DNA of 64,000 nt from a virus. Position 1 is the stretch's first letter; each line of letters opens with the position of its first letter. Location: positions 1-64,000 of the IMG/VR virus record IMGVR_UViG_3300032323_002779, one strand, 5' to 3'. Position numbers and translations under genes: made by a program. This document shows, one piece after another, positions 48,230 through 56,808 of this stretch. A model generated the notes under the pieces. It was given only the letters and a program-made list of their open reading frames with translations. It had not been told where the DNA came from and did not search any database.

Positions 48230-48560
48230 TGTTGTCATAGACACGACTGTCGCAAGACTAATAGCCAAAGACCTTGTTAGCGGAGATGTTTGTAAGCAGG
48301 AAATAAAGTTAGTTAGGAGCAATTTGGCTTTAACCAAGAAAGAAGTTGTTTTCAAAGACAGTATTATTAACACGTTAAGTATTCAAAAAGATAAACTTAA
48401 TTTGATTATCTCAAAGAAAGACGAAATGTTTACCAAGCAAGAGGAAATTTCTAATACATACAAAAAGGCACTTTCAAAGCAAAAGACAACAACCTTTCTT
48501 TACAAAGCATTATCCTTGTTAGGTGTAATTTCCACCACACTACTTATAATTAAACCATAA
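48117..48560 (+). CDS. Putative spanin partner (signal peptide, coiled coil, C-terminal hydrophobic helix)
   Basis: Overlaps the previous gene by 113 nt in another frame; starts MKKFKMISLSLMMLVCG. Confidence 0.5.
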   Translation: MKKFKMISLSLMMLVCGRSISQTVTPQKLPTPQKQENSVVIDTTVARLIAKDLVSGDVCKQEIKLVRSNLALTKKEVVFKDSIINTLSIQKDKLNLIISKKDEMFTKQEEISNTYKKALSKQKTTTFLYKALSLLGVISTTLLIIKP

Positions 48561-48567
48561 AAACGAA

Positions 48568-48594
48568 GCGCACCAATACGGTGCGTTTTTTTTT
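48568..48594 (+). terminator. Intrinsic terminator after the lysis cassette
   Basis: CGCACC-AATAC-GGTGCG followed by T9. Confidence 0.85.
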
Positions 48595-48676
48595 GCGCAA
48601 TTAATTTAAAATAGTTTAAAAAAAATTTGTTTAAGATAAAGTAGGCATTAACTTATCATCAATGTAGTTTATATTA

Positions 48677-48684
48677 TAAATTTG
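48677..48684 (+). promoter_or_regulatory. Possible -7 promoter element for the capsid operon
   Basis: TAAATTTG in the AT-rich intergenic region after the terminator. Confidence 0.4.
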
Positions 48685-48748
48685 GCTTGATATTATTTCT
48701 GTAAATAATTATCATTAAAAATAAGTTTAATCGAAAAATCATTCTGTA

Positions 48749-48877
48749 ATGAAAAACGAAATTGTTCCTTTACTAAAAAGTGTTGCCGTAGTTGTTGTAG
48801 GTGTGTTAATTGCGAATTATGTTCAGACAACATTGTTAGCAAAGAAAGTTGACGCTCCTGCTGATGCAAAAATGTAA
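48749..48877 (+). CDS. 42-aa membrane peptide (not in track)
   Basis: MKNEIVPLLKSVAVVVVGVLIANYVQTTLLAKKVDAPADAKM. Confidence 0.7.
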   Translation: MKNEIVPLLKSVAVVVVGVLIANYVQTTLLAKKVDAPADAKM

Positions 48878-48932
48878 TTTGGTGTCAAACCGAGTTTAGA
48901 AAAAAGTTATTAAATCATAAAAATTAATCAAA

Positions 48933-49634
48933 ATGTCAAACGTAAGAAGATATTTAAGCAACGCACGTCAGAGTGCAATGGAATCTTTCTCAAATGCTGA
49001 CGGATTCATCGACCAAGACTTGTCTTTCACAGGCGATGATTTCTTCCGTGCAGATGGAGGAATGTCTATGGGTGGAGATATTCAAACATCTCAACCGTAT
49101 ATTATCAACGTGACTTCTACTTCAGGGTCAGCAGTTGCTAATTTTGACGTATTAGGTTCATACCAATACATCAACAACGCAGGTTTCCAAACAAACGGAA
49201 ACTTGATTATCGGTTCTGTAACTATTAGTTCAGGAATCCCTAACATTACATACCAAGAGATGTTGTATCAGTTTATGAACAACCCGTATTCTGTTGGTTT
49301 AACTTACATTCAATCTGCTACTGCTAACCAAGTGTTACAAACATTGGCGGTTAACACACGAGATGCGAATGGTAACTTGGCGCAAAAGACTTTAGTGCCT
49401 ACAATCGACCCATATCAGCAACAAACTACAATTATTGCGATGAAGTATGCTTACAGAATTGATGGTTTCACAAAAATCACAATTGCTCAAGTGTTAGCAA
49501 ATGCTACTGTATCGTTATACTTCTATCCTGCTGATAACATCAACCTTGCGAGAGCATTAGGTGGACAACCTGTAAGCAGACAATTCGGTACGCCTCCTGT
49601 AACTAATGGTCAAACCATTAAGTTAAGAGCGTAA
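48933..49634 (+). CDS. Candidate major capsid protein (beta-rich, possibly single jelly-roll)
   Basis: Soluble, rich in T/S/N/Q/I/V strands, frequent AAC/ATC/TTC/TAC codons suggesting high expression, own terminator, close to the ATPase. Fold not verified. Confidence 0.55.
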   Translation: MSNVRRYLSNARQSAMESFSNADGFIDQDLSFTGDDFFRADGGMSMGGDIQTSQPYIINVTSTSGSAVANFDVLGSYQYINNAGFQTNGNLIIGSVTISSGIPNITYQEMLYQFMNNPYSVGLTYIQSATANQVLQTLAVNTRDANGNLAQKTLVPTIDPYQQQTTIIAMKYAYRIDGFTKITIAQVLANATVSLYFYPADNINLARALGGQPVSRQFGTPPVTNGQTIKLRA

Positions 49635-49676
49635 TTATCAGCAATGATATAACGAATTAATGTATAATTTAGAAAG

Positions 49677-49710
49677 AGAGCAAGTGATTCATTTCTACTT
49701 GCTCTTTTTT
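49677..49710 (+). terminator. Intrinsic terminator after the candidate capsid gene
   Basis: AGAGCAAGT...ACTTGCTCT followed by a T-run. Confidence 0.8.
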
Positions 49711-49728
49711 GCTTAAAAACAAAAAATT

Positions 49729-50157
49729 ATGAACGTATTCAGATATGTTGCAGAGTCTAATCCAAATGGCGCAGTACAGATAATCAATTCTTTCGGTTAT
49801 GATGTTACAAGCACCTCTGATTTAGGTAAAAGTTTGAGTGAGTTAGTAGCCGAAGTAGGAGAACCTGCTTTCAAAAAGGTTATGGACAACCACCCTGACA
49901 AAGATGTTATTTTAGAATTATACGGAAGCGATATTACCAAAGATAAAGAAGAGAAAACTTGCGGTTGCGACTTTTGTCGAAATAGGTATAGAGCCGTAGA
50001 GCATTTACAGTATCTTAACGCCACAGGTAGTGGTACTTTCGCAGACGAAAAACCAAGTGGTTCTAACACAAATACACATTTATTGGCTAACCAAACAAAC
50101 GTTATTTTAGTCGTTTCTGCTTTGTTCATAGCAACTGCATTAATCTTAAAAAAATAA
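49729..50157 (+). CDS. C-anchored putative virion membrane protein
   Basis: CGCDFC, YLNATG and a C-terminal TM followed by KK. Confidence 0.7.
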   Translation: MNVFRYVAESNPNGAVQIINSFGYDVTSTSDLGKSLSELVAEVGEPAFKKVMDNHPDKDVILELYGSDITKDKEEKTCGCDFCRNRYRAVEHLQYLNATGSGTFADEKPSGSNTNTHLLANQTNVILVVSALFIATALILKK

Positions 50158-50162
50158 AAAAA

Positions 50163-50882
50163 ATGGCAAAAACAGTCAAACCAACGATTGAAACGGGAGC
50201 AATGACTTTAGTCTTGCTTGTTAAGTATTACAAAAGCCAAATGATTGCTTTATTGTTGAAGAATGGAGTTACTGTACCAAGAGGGGCTTCTGACCAACAA
50301 ATCGCAATGCTTATGGCTAATTTATTAAAAGTGTCAAAATCATTTTTTGTTGATTTGAACAATTTTATTCAAAATCCAAAAGTTATTGAAACTCTTGCGG
50401 GAGGAATGACGCAAACCGCCGAATACTTTAAAATGAGTGGAAACGCTCAATATTTTAGAATGAGTGGAAATGCTCAATATTTTAAAATGAGCGGAAAGGG
50501 CTATATGAATAGCACAGGCGGAGAAGACGGTTTTACAGACACAGGAGAACCTGCACCGTCAGGAACGCCAATAAAAGATAAAGAGGGTTTTTGGTCAAAC
50601 CTTAATTTCGGAAATTTATTTTCTCAAGCATTAGGTGCTTTTGGACAGTTTAACACTAACCAAGCCAACGTTGCTATTGCTAATGCTCACGCACAATCAC
50701 AACAAGCAGGTTCAGACGTAGGTTCAGGTGGAGTCACAGGTGGAGGCGCAGGTGGAAGCACAAGTTCAGGGAAAAAAACTCCTGAAAAGGGAATGTCAAC
50801 AACTACAATTGTAGTATTGAGTTTGTTGGGTGTTGCCGTAATAGGAACAATTATCTACTTCGTAGCAAAACCTAAAGAATAA
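50163..50882 (+). CDS. C-anchored putative virion membrane protein
   Basis: Three YF[KR]MSG repeats, YMNSTGG, a Gly-rich linker and a C-terminal TM. Confidence 0.7.
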   Translation: MAKTVKPTIETGAMTLVLLVKYYKSQMIALLLKNGVTVPRGASDQQIAMLMANLLKVSKSFFVDLNNFIQNPKVIETLAGGMTQTAEYFKMSGNAQYFRMSGNAQYFKMSGKGYMNSTGGEDGFTDTGEPAPSGTPIKDKEGFWSNLNFGNLFSQALGAFGQFNTNQANVAIANAHAQSQQAGSDVGSGGVTGGGAGGSTSSGKKTPEKGMSTTTIVVLSLLGVAVIGTIIYFVAKPKE

Positions 50883-50894
50883 AAACAAACAGTT

Positions 50895-51122
50895 ATGGTT
50901 ATTGATGAACAAATGTTGTCAAAAATAATTGGGTCTTCTGTTGGAATGTACCCAAATGATGTAGCGGATATGCTTGTTCGTAATAACGTACTTGCACCCG
51001 CACCTGATTACACGCTAAACCAATTGGTAGAGGGTGTTTTTGTTGGTTTAAATCAAAACCCAAGTTTTACTCAAGAGTATGGTTCTTGGTTAGAGCAAAT
51101 CGTAACTACATTAACTTTTTAA
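50895..51122 (+). CDS. Small helical protein
   Basis: Resembles the N-terminal domain of the two preceding genes. Confidence 0.65.
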   Translation: MVIDEQMLSKIIGSSVGMYPNDVADMLVRNNVLAPAPDYTLNQLVEGVFVGLNQNPSFTQEYGSWLEQIVTTLTF

Positions 51123-51132
51123 ATATATAGAT

Positions 51133-51441
51133 ATGGCTTGGGATTGGGGAGGAATAGTTAAGTCGATAGCACCTGCTCTTGTAGGTTTTGGGACAAGTAT
51201 GATTGTCAATAATCAAAACGTCAAAAACGCACAAGGTCAAGCAAACGCAACTCAAAATGCACTTAATCAGCAATATCAAATTGCTTTGCAAAATCAGCAA
51301 AACATAAAATTGATGCAACAGGCAGGTCAAGCACCTCCTGAAAAAGAAAAAAGCAATTTACCTCTTTACATAGGTTTAGGTGTTGGCGGAGTAGTATTAC
51401 TTGGAGTTGTAATATTTGCGGTCACACGGAGGTCTAATTAA
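51133..51441 (+). CDS. Q/N-rich C-anchored membrane protein
   Basis: C-terminal TM. Confidence 0.7.
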   Translation: MAWDWGGIVKSIAPALVGFGTSMIVNNQNVKNAQGQANATQNALNQQYQIALQNQQNIKLMQQAGQAPPEKEKSNLPLYIGLGVGGVVLLGVVIFAVTRRSN

Positions 51442-51454
51442 TTAAACATCTATT

Positions 51455-51670
51455 ATGCAAAATTTTATAGCGGAAGCAAAGGCAATTGCGAGTAAAGACA
51501 AAAGAGAAGTTCTTATGGTAACTACAAGAGCATCAGTTAATGGTGCGGTTACGGGACTTGTTTTAGGTCTTATGCTTGGATATTGGAAAAACAAAAACGT
51601 TTATGTAACGGGTCTTGTGGGTGCTATTATTGGTGGCGTTGCTACAAGCATTATAGTTAACAAAAAATAA
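51455..51670 (+). CDS. Small two-TM glycine-zipper protein
   Basis: GxxxG-rich helices. Confidence 0.7.
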   Translation: MQNFIAEAKAIASKDKREVLMVTTRASVNGAVTGLVLGLMLGYWKNKNVYVTGLVGAIIGGVATSIIVNKK

Positions 51671-51677
51671 ATCAAAA

Positions 51678-51788
51678 ATGAAAAAACCAAATATTTTAAT
51701 GGCGGTAGTAGGATTAGTAGTTTCTATTGGAGTTATTTATGGCTACACATACGTTATAGGAAAGTCTTGGAAAGCAAGTCAAAAATAA
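51678..51788 (+). CDS. 36-aa membrane peptide (not in track)
   Basis: MKKPNILMAVVGLVVSIGVIYGYTYVIGKSWKASQK; similar to 52827. Confidence 0.65.
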   Translation: MKKPNILMAVVGLVVSIGVIYGYTYVIGKSWKASQK

Positions 51789-51807
51789 TCTAACTTTTTA
51801 AATCAAA

Positions 51808-52230
51808 ATGAAAAAAGAGTATATCATCGGAGGTTTAGCACTATTAGGCGTTATTGGGGTTATTTCTTATTTGAGAAAACCAAAGAGAAATTCAGAGGGC
51901 TTTTATAATGCGGTAGGAACAAAAACGGCAGGAAATATTCGACCGTTCCCGACAAAACAAGAGGTTTGTAATTTGCCTAATAATTTTGTTAGACAAGTAG
52001 TTACTAATAACAATGGCGTGACTAAAACTTTTTGTGGTAGATACGATAGGGTTGTAACTATGACTCCAACAGGTAAAGGGTTTCAATATAGATTACGACC
52101 TGAAATTCCAAATGCAACTTTTGTGAATGGTGGTTTTGTAAATTCAAACGGAACAAGTATTGTTACAACATTTCAAATAATTAGTGGTTCTGATTATGAA
52201 TCCGCATTTATAAATGGACAATACTGTTAA
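51808..52230 (+). CDS. MKKEY-family membrane protein
   Basis: Conserved N-terminus to EGFYNAVG, then a unique tail. Confidence 0.75.
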   Translation: MKKEYIIGGLALLGVIGVISYLRKPKRNSEGFYNAVGTKTAGNIRPFPTKQEVCNLPNNFVRQVVTNNNGVTKTFCGRYDRVVTMTPTGKGFQYRLRPEIPNATFVNGGFVNSNGTSIVTTFQIISGSDYESAFINGQYC

Positions 52231-52257
52231 AAAACATTAATCAATAAATCAAAAAAA

Positions 52258-52518
52258 ATGAAGAAAGAGTATATCATCGGAGGTTTAGCACTATTAGGCG
52301 TTATTGGGGTTGTTTCTTATTTGAGAAAACCAAAGAGAAATTCAGAGGGTTTTTTCGGAGCGTCAGGTAGAGGCAGTTCGATAAGAAGAGTTTCAAGTCA
52401 AAATTGCGCTTGGTGCAAAACGAATGACGGAACTATTTATCACACAGGAGGCGACAGAAATTGTAGCGCAGGAGATAGATGTATCACAAGATACGCTTTT
52501 TCTAAAGGCATTAATTAA
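52258..52518 (+). CDS. MKKEY-family membrane protein with a four-Cys tail
   Basis: Conserved N-terminus to EGFFGASG, then CAWC...C...GDRC. Confidence 0.75.
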   Translation: MKKEYIIGGLALLGVIGVVSYLRKPKRNSEGFFGASGRGSSIRRVSSQNCAWCKTNDGTIYHTGGDRNCSAGDRCITRYAFSKGIN

Positions 52519-52536
52519 TCATTAAAATCAAATAAA

Positions 52537-52782
52537 ATGAAAAAAGAGTATATCATCGGAGGTTTAGCCTTGTTAGGCATTATTGGGGTTGTTTCTTATT
52601 TAAGAAAACCAAAAAGAAATTCAGAGGGCTTCTTTGGAGCAAGTGGAAGAACGAGTACAGGAGGTTGTAGAGTTTGTGAGGGCGGAAGCAGTAATTATTT
52701 TGCCGTTTATGGTCAATGCAGACGAGGCGACAGATGTTTACAAACTGTAAAACAGTTTACTCAAGCGCAAAGTATGGATTAA
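52537..52782 (+). CDS. MKKEY-family membrane protein with a four-Cys tail
   Basis: Conserved N-terminus to EGFFGASG, then CRVC...C...GDRC. Confidence 0.75.
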   Translation: MKKEYIIGGLALLGIIGVVSYLRKPKRNSEGFFGASGRTSTGGCRVCEGGSSNYFAVYGQCRRGDRCLQTVKQFTQAQSMD

Positions 52783-52826
52783 GAACTTTTGTTAAAAAAA
52801 ACATTAATAAAATAAAATTTAAGAAT

Positions 52827-52961
52827 ATGGACAATTTTTATGACAATCAAAAAAAGGCGAGTACAACAGATAAATTGATTTACATTGGGGTATCAGCGGT
52901 AGTTGTATTTGGATTGGTTTATCTTGTAGGTCGTGCTTGGAAAAAAAGTCAAACTGCATAA
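52827..52961 (+). CDS. Small membrane peptide
   Basis: Likely start ATG 52827 (MDNFYDN...); TM followed by GRAWKKSQ. Confidence 0.65.
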   Translation: MDNFYDNQKKASTTDKLIYIGVSAVVVFGLVYLVGRAWKKSQTA

Positions 52962-52967
52962 TTAATT

Positions 52968-53375
52968 ATGGTTTCTGTTCCGCACCCTAAATATAAATTT
53001 AAGGAGGATTTTACTGCGAAGTTATGTACTAACTACATAGAGTCTTACACCACTAAAACACCTTGTAAATCTTACGAGGATTTAGTGTTTAAAAAGGGGA
53101 ATGTTTTTGAGGCGGTAAAAAACATCAATATAACTGACCCAAATGTAATTGTTGGGTTGGCTAAAATGACACCTTTTCAAGTCCCTTTAAATGTTTTAGA
53201 AAAAGTTGACGATTCAACACCAATTACAGACATTATTCAAGGCGACCCTTTGGTTAACAAAGCGAAAAAACAAGCGGAAACAGATGCGGAAGAAAAAAAA
53301 GTAAAAATGATGTTTATTGTACCTACAATCGCTATATTAGCAATTGTTTGGATATACGGCATTAAAAAACTTTAA
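52968..53375 (+). CDS. SH3-like C-anchored membrane protein
   Basis: KYKFKEDF...FKKGNVF...VPLNVLEKVDDSTP plus TM. Confidence 0.65.
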   Translation: MVSVPHPKYKFKEDFTAKLCTNYIESYTTKTPCKSYEDLVFKKGNVFEAVKNINITDPNVIVGLAKMTPFQVPLNVLEKVDDSTPITDIIQGDPLVNKAKKQAETDAEEKKVKMMFIVPTIAILAIVWIYGIKKL

Positions 53376-53378
53376 ATT

Positions 53379-53555
53379 ATGCAAAAAGTTATAAAAGTAG
53401 GAGCGTTATTAGTAGTATCTACGGGTATTATTTACGCCTCTTACATTATGTACGATAACTATGTTAAGAAGCATAAAAAGCCACAAGAGGTTCAACCTTT
53501 ATTTTCAGGAGGTACAATGGGTAACATTGGTTGCATACAACCTCCCTGTTTTTAA
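53379..53555 (+). CDS. 58-aa membrane peptide (not in track)
   Basis: MQKVIKVGALLVVSTGIIYASY...LFSGGTMGNIGCIQPPCF. Confidence 0.65.
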   Translation: MQKVIKVGALLVVSTGIIYASYIMYDNYVKKHKKPQEVQPLFSGGTMGNIGCIQPPCF

Positions 53556-53569
53556 GAAAAAAAATTATT

Positions 53570-53872
53570 ATGAGTAAAAATACAATGCTTTACGGATTAT
53601 TGATTGCAGGGGGTTTACTTGCTTACTTCGCTTGGAAAAAAAAGAGCGCAGAATCGGCAAAATCTTCTGAAACCGCATCTAATTCTACTTCAGGGACTTT
53701 TGTAGATGACGTTCCTGTTTCACAAGAAGTTGCTAATGAGTTGTTGCAGGGTACAGGCGGTATTAGACCTCCAAAAACCATAAAAAACACGTTAAGTCAA
53801 ATTGCCGAGCCTTTAATCGGGACAAAGCAACAAGTGGAATTATCAGGCAAGGGTCAATTCCTTGAATCATAA
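53570..53872 (+). CDS. N-anchored membrane protein
   Basis: Likely start MSKNTML; TM followed by KKK. Confidence 0.7.
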   Translation: MSKNTMLYGLLIAGGLLAYFAWKKKSAESAKSSETASNSTSGTFVDDVPVSQEVANELLQGTGGIRPPKTIKNTLSQIAEPLIGTKQQVELSGKGQFLES

Positions 53873-53884
53873 AAACGAAACCTT

Positions 53885-54031
53885 ATGGAAACTAAAAAAA
53901 TCATAGGAATAGTAATGTTAGGTGCTTCTGTGGGGCTATTAGTTTTTCTCTACAAGGGCTATTTACAACCAAGAATAGAAGTTGATAACGAGGCAAAAGA
54001 CGGTAAGACTTCTCCAACAACAACAAAATAA
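53885..54031 (+). CDS. 48-aa membrane peptide (not in track)
   Basis: METKKIIGIVMLGASVGLLVFLYK... Confidence 0.65.
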   Translation: METKKIIGIVMLGASVGLLVFLYKGYLQPRIEVDNEAKDGKTSPTTTK

Positions 54032-54037
54032 CAAGAT

Positions 54038-54370
54038 ATGGAAGCAGAAAAGAAAAGTCCTAATAAACTTTGGAGAGAAAGTGGAACTTCATTAAGTTTT
54101 GCTGATTGGATTCAAAGAGAAAAAGACAAAGGTGCTTTTTTAGCCAATAAAAAATTCGAGAACTTCGCAAGTGTTGAGGGAGGAATCGACTATATGGATT
54201 GGATTGAAAAAATTAAGGCGCAAAACAGACTTGATTTAGGGATTGATAAGGTTATTGACCCAAACAAAAAAGACAATACGTTTTTAGGTTTAAGCAAACC
54301 TGTATTGATTGTGTCGGGGTTATTGATACTTGGGGCAATAGGGTATAAGATTTATCAAAATAGAAAGTAG
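54038..54370 (+). CDS. C-anchored membrane protein
   Basis: LWRESGTSLSFADWIQREK, FENFASVEGG and a C-terminal TM. Confidence 0.7.
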   Translation: MEAEKKSPNKLWRESGTSLSFADWIQREKDKGAFLANKKFENFASVEGGIDYMDWIEKIKAQNRLDLGIDKVIDPNKKDNTFLGLSKPVLIVSGLLILGAIGYKIYQNRK

Positions 54371-54371
54371 T

Positions 54372-55157
54372 ATGAATTTAAGGTTAGATACACGATACGA
54401 AGAAATGTGCTTGGTGGTAAAAGTAGCAGTTACAATGCCTACTAAAGTCAGAATTAGAATTTTTGACGAGCAAAAGCCGAAAATCGTTTTTACCGACAGA
54501 TATAAAACCGTTACTTCTGACTACACTTTTTATGTTCGTATGCCAATTACTTCCAAAAGCATTATAGTTTCTGTTTACGATGATAAAAAAGGGAATACGC
54601 CTCAAGAACAAGAAAAAAACGTAAGGGTGGTTTCGGTTGACAAAACTCCTTTACAAAAAAGAATTGACGTAGTTGATATTCACAATCCGACCATAGCGTA
54701 TTTCGTTGATTTTGCGCAAAGATTTTGTTTTAATGCACCTTATCTACAAGCAAACAAGTCTTATCAGTCAGATAACGGAAATTTTATGATTGAGTACTTG
54801 CCAACGATAGTGGATTCAAGAGGAAAGGAACTTACAACACCTGCGAGAATATCAAGAATTTCAGGTCGTATTCAAGTTTCAAAGAAACAGTTTGACGAAT
54901 ACACAGTACCAATGAGATTTGCCATTCTTTGTCACGAGTTCGCTCATTTCTACGTTAACGAAGATATGACCGATGAAAGTGAGGCTGACATAAATGGATT
55001 GTTGATTTATTTAGGGCTTGGTTATCCAAGAATCGAAGCGTTTGAAGCGTTTTTAGAAGTTTTTGAGCATTACCCAAGTCAAGAGAACAAAAGACGTTAC
55101 GATAAGATTAAAAATTTTATCGACAACTTTGAAAAAAACAATATTGTATTTAGATAA
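54372..55157 (+). CDS. Zincin-like metallopeptidase
   Basis: HEFAH with downstream ESEAD. Confidence 0.7.
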   Translation: MNLRLDTRYEEMCLVVKVAVTMPTKVRIRIFDEQKPKIVFTDRYKTVTSDYTFYVRMPITSKSIIVSVYDDKKGNTPQEQEKNVRVVSVDKTPLQKRIDVVDIHNPTIAYFVDFAQRFCFNAPYLQANKSYQSDNGNFMIEYLPTIVDSRGKELTTPARISRISGRIQVSKKQFDEYTVPMRFAILCHEFAHFYVNEDMTDESEADINGLLIYLGLGYPRIEAFEAFLEVFEHYPSQENKRRYDKIKNFIDNFEKNNIVFR

Positions 55158-55168
55158 AATTTACAGTT

Positions 55169-56116
55169 ATGGAAAAAGACCAATCAATGATAAGACCAAT
55201 TAAAGGAGGTGTTTCAGTTATAAATGAGAATCCGATAGGTGTTCTTGAGAAATTAGGTAAGTATGAATTTGTTTATGATTACAAAGTGCCTAATTATTGG
55301 GATAATTTAATGTCGGTGTCTTTTCCGAAACCTGTAAAGGTAAATTCAGACCCGCAAAGTGGACTTTTGTCGGGAGAATCTCTCCCGCAACCTGTTAAAA
55401 TAAATTCAGAGGCGCAAGTTGGTTTTTTCTCAAAGGGTAATATTGTAAATGTTCTTCGTTTTGACGGAAACAATGCTATTATCGAAAACATTAATTATAA
55501 AGCCCCTGACCCAACTGTCGTAAAGACTGTTTGGGGAGAATTATTAGGGAGTGTCTTAAATAAAAAAGAATTTTCTGTTCCTAAAGATTATTTAAGAAAG
55601 GCAGACGATACTTTAGAGCCAACGCTTTTAACAGGAATTAATTATGGGACTAATATGAAGCAACCAACTTTCATTATGCCTCCTGTAAAACCAATTCCTT
55701 ATAGCCCTGTAACCCAAACTATTCTTGAAGAAAACGCAAGTTTTGTTTTAAATAGAGATTTTCAGTACGTTTCACATTATGGTTCAAGTTATTGTAGTCC
55801 TGACGGATTGTGTACTACGGATATGTCGCCTAAATTTTCTACTCTTAAAGCAGGAACTAAAGTAACAGGTCGCTTATTTAGCGAAAGCCAAACATTCAAG
55901 ACATCTATGGTTATAGTTGAGCCAAAACAATTTCTTGCCGTTAAAGGTTATGGAGATAAAGGCTCAATTAATATTCCAATAGAATTTTTAACAAAAGAAG
56001 TTCCAACAAATAGCGGTGCGGTTGTTCCCGCAAAAAATGACAACAAAAATCTGTTGATGATAGTAGGTGCTTTTTTAGTAGGCTACGTTGTATTCAGCAA
56101 AGGAAAGAGCGAATAA
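55169..56116 (+). CDS. C-anchored membrane protein with two SH3-like domains
   Basis: YEFVYDY...FSKGNIV...VPKDYL and LNRDF...LKAGTKV...IPIEFL, plus a TM. Confidence 0.65.
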   Translation: MEKDQSMIRPIKGGVSVINENPIGVLEKLGKYEFVYDYKVPNYWDNLMSVSFPKPVKVNSDPQSGLLSGESLPQPVKINSEAQVGFFSKGNIVNVLRFDGNNAIIENINYKAPDPTVVKTVWGELLGSVLNKKEFSVPKDYLRKADDTLEPTLLTGINYGTNMKQPTFIMPPVKPIPYSPVTQTILEENASFVLNRDFQYVSHYGSSYCSPDGLCTTDMSPKFSTLKAGTKVTGRLFSESQTFKTSMVIVEPKQFLAVKGYGDKGSINIPIEFLTKEVPTNSGAVVPAKNDNKNLLMIVGAFLVGYVVFSKGKSE

Positions 56117-56131
56117 TTAAAAAAGGAAGTT

Positions 56132-56806
56132 ATGGCACTTGCAAAAAAACAACTAATAAATACCCAATTTCTAACTCCTATGCAGGAAATAGAAGTTTTG
56201 GAAATACAACCAATTGTAAAAGAAAAACCGTTGGGTAAATTTGTTTTTTTATTCGATTACGAAACAACAATCTATACTAACGAGGCAAAGACAATAATGG
56301 CTCAATCTAAAGGTAATTTTATTTTGCCTCCCAATTCATCATTTAATTTAAGATACTCAAAAGGAGATGTTGTTGATGTTGTTGGGTTAGGGGTTAATAG
56401 CAATGGAATCGGAAGCACGATAAATAGTGATTTAAAAATTATTGATGTTCCTAAATTTGTAAAACCGTTGTGTACGAGTTTAACACCTTATACGGAAACT
56501 TGTCCAACGCCCCAATCATATTCGCCAACAATAACAATTGACAATAGTTTAGGGTTTTTACAAAAAGTAGCCGATTCAACACCTGCGACATTAAAATTAG
56601 GCAAAAACTTTGGAAGTAACCCAAATCCTAAAATCCAACCTGTAATGCCTATTCAAACAGATATAAAAACAGACGCTCCTGTTGTAGTCTATGGTGTTCA
56701 AAATGCAACAGAAACAGAAAGTTTTTTTGACGATAAAAATAATTTACTAATGGTAGCGGGTATTCTTTTAATTGGGTACTTGTTACTGAACGATAAAAGC
56801 GAATAA
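56132..56806 (+). CDS. C-anchored SH3-like membrane protein, paralog of 55169
   Basis: LGKFVFLFDY...YSKGDVV...KVADSTP; NNLLMVAG TM. Confidence 0.65.
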   Translation: MALAKKQLINTQFLTPMQEIEVLEIQPIVKEKPLGKFVFLFDYETTIYTNEAKTIMAQSKGNFILPPNSSFNLRYSKGDVVDVVGLGVNSNGIGSTINSDLKIIDVPKFVKPLCTSLTPYTETCPTPQSYSPTITIDNSLGFLQKVADSTPATLKLGKNFGSNPNPKIQPVMPIQTDIKTDAPVVVYGVQNATETESFFDDKNNLLMVAGILLIGYLLLNDKSE

Positions 56807-56808
56807 TT

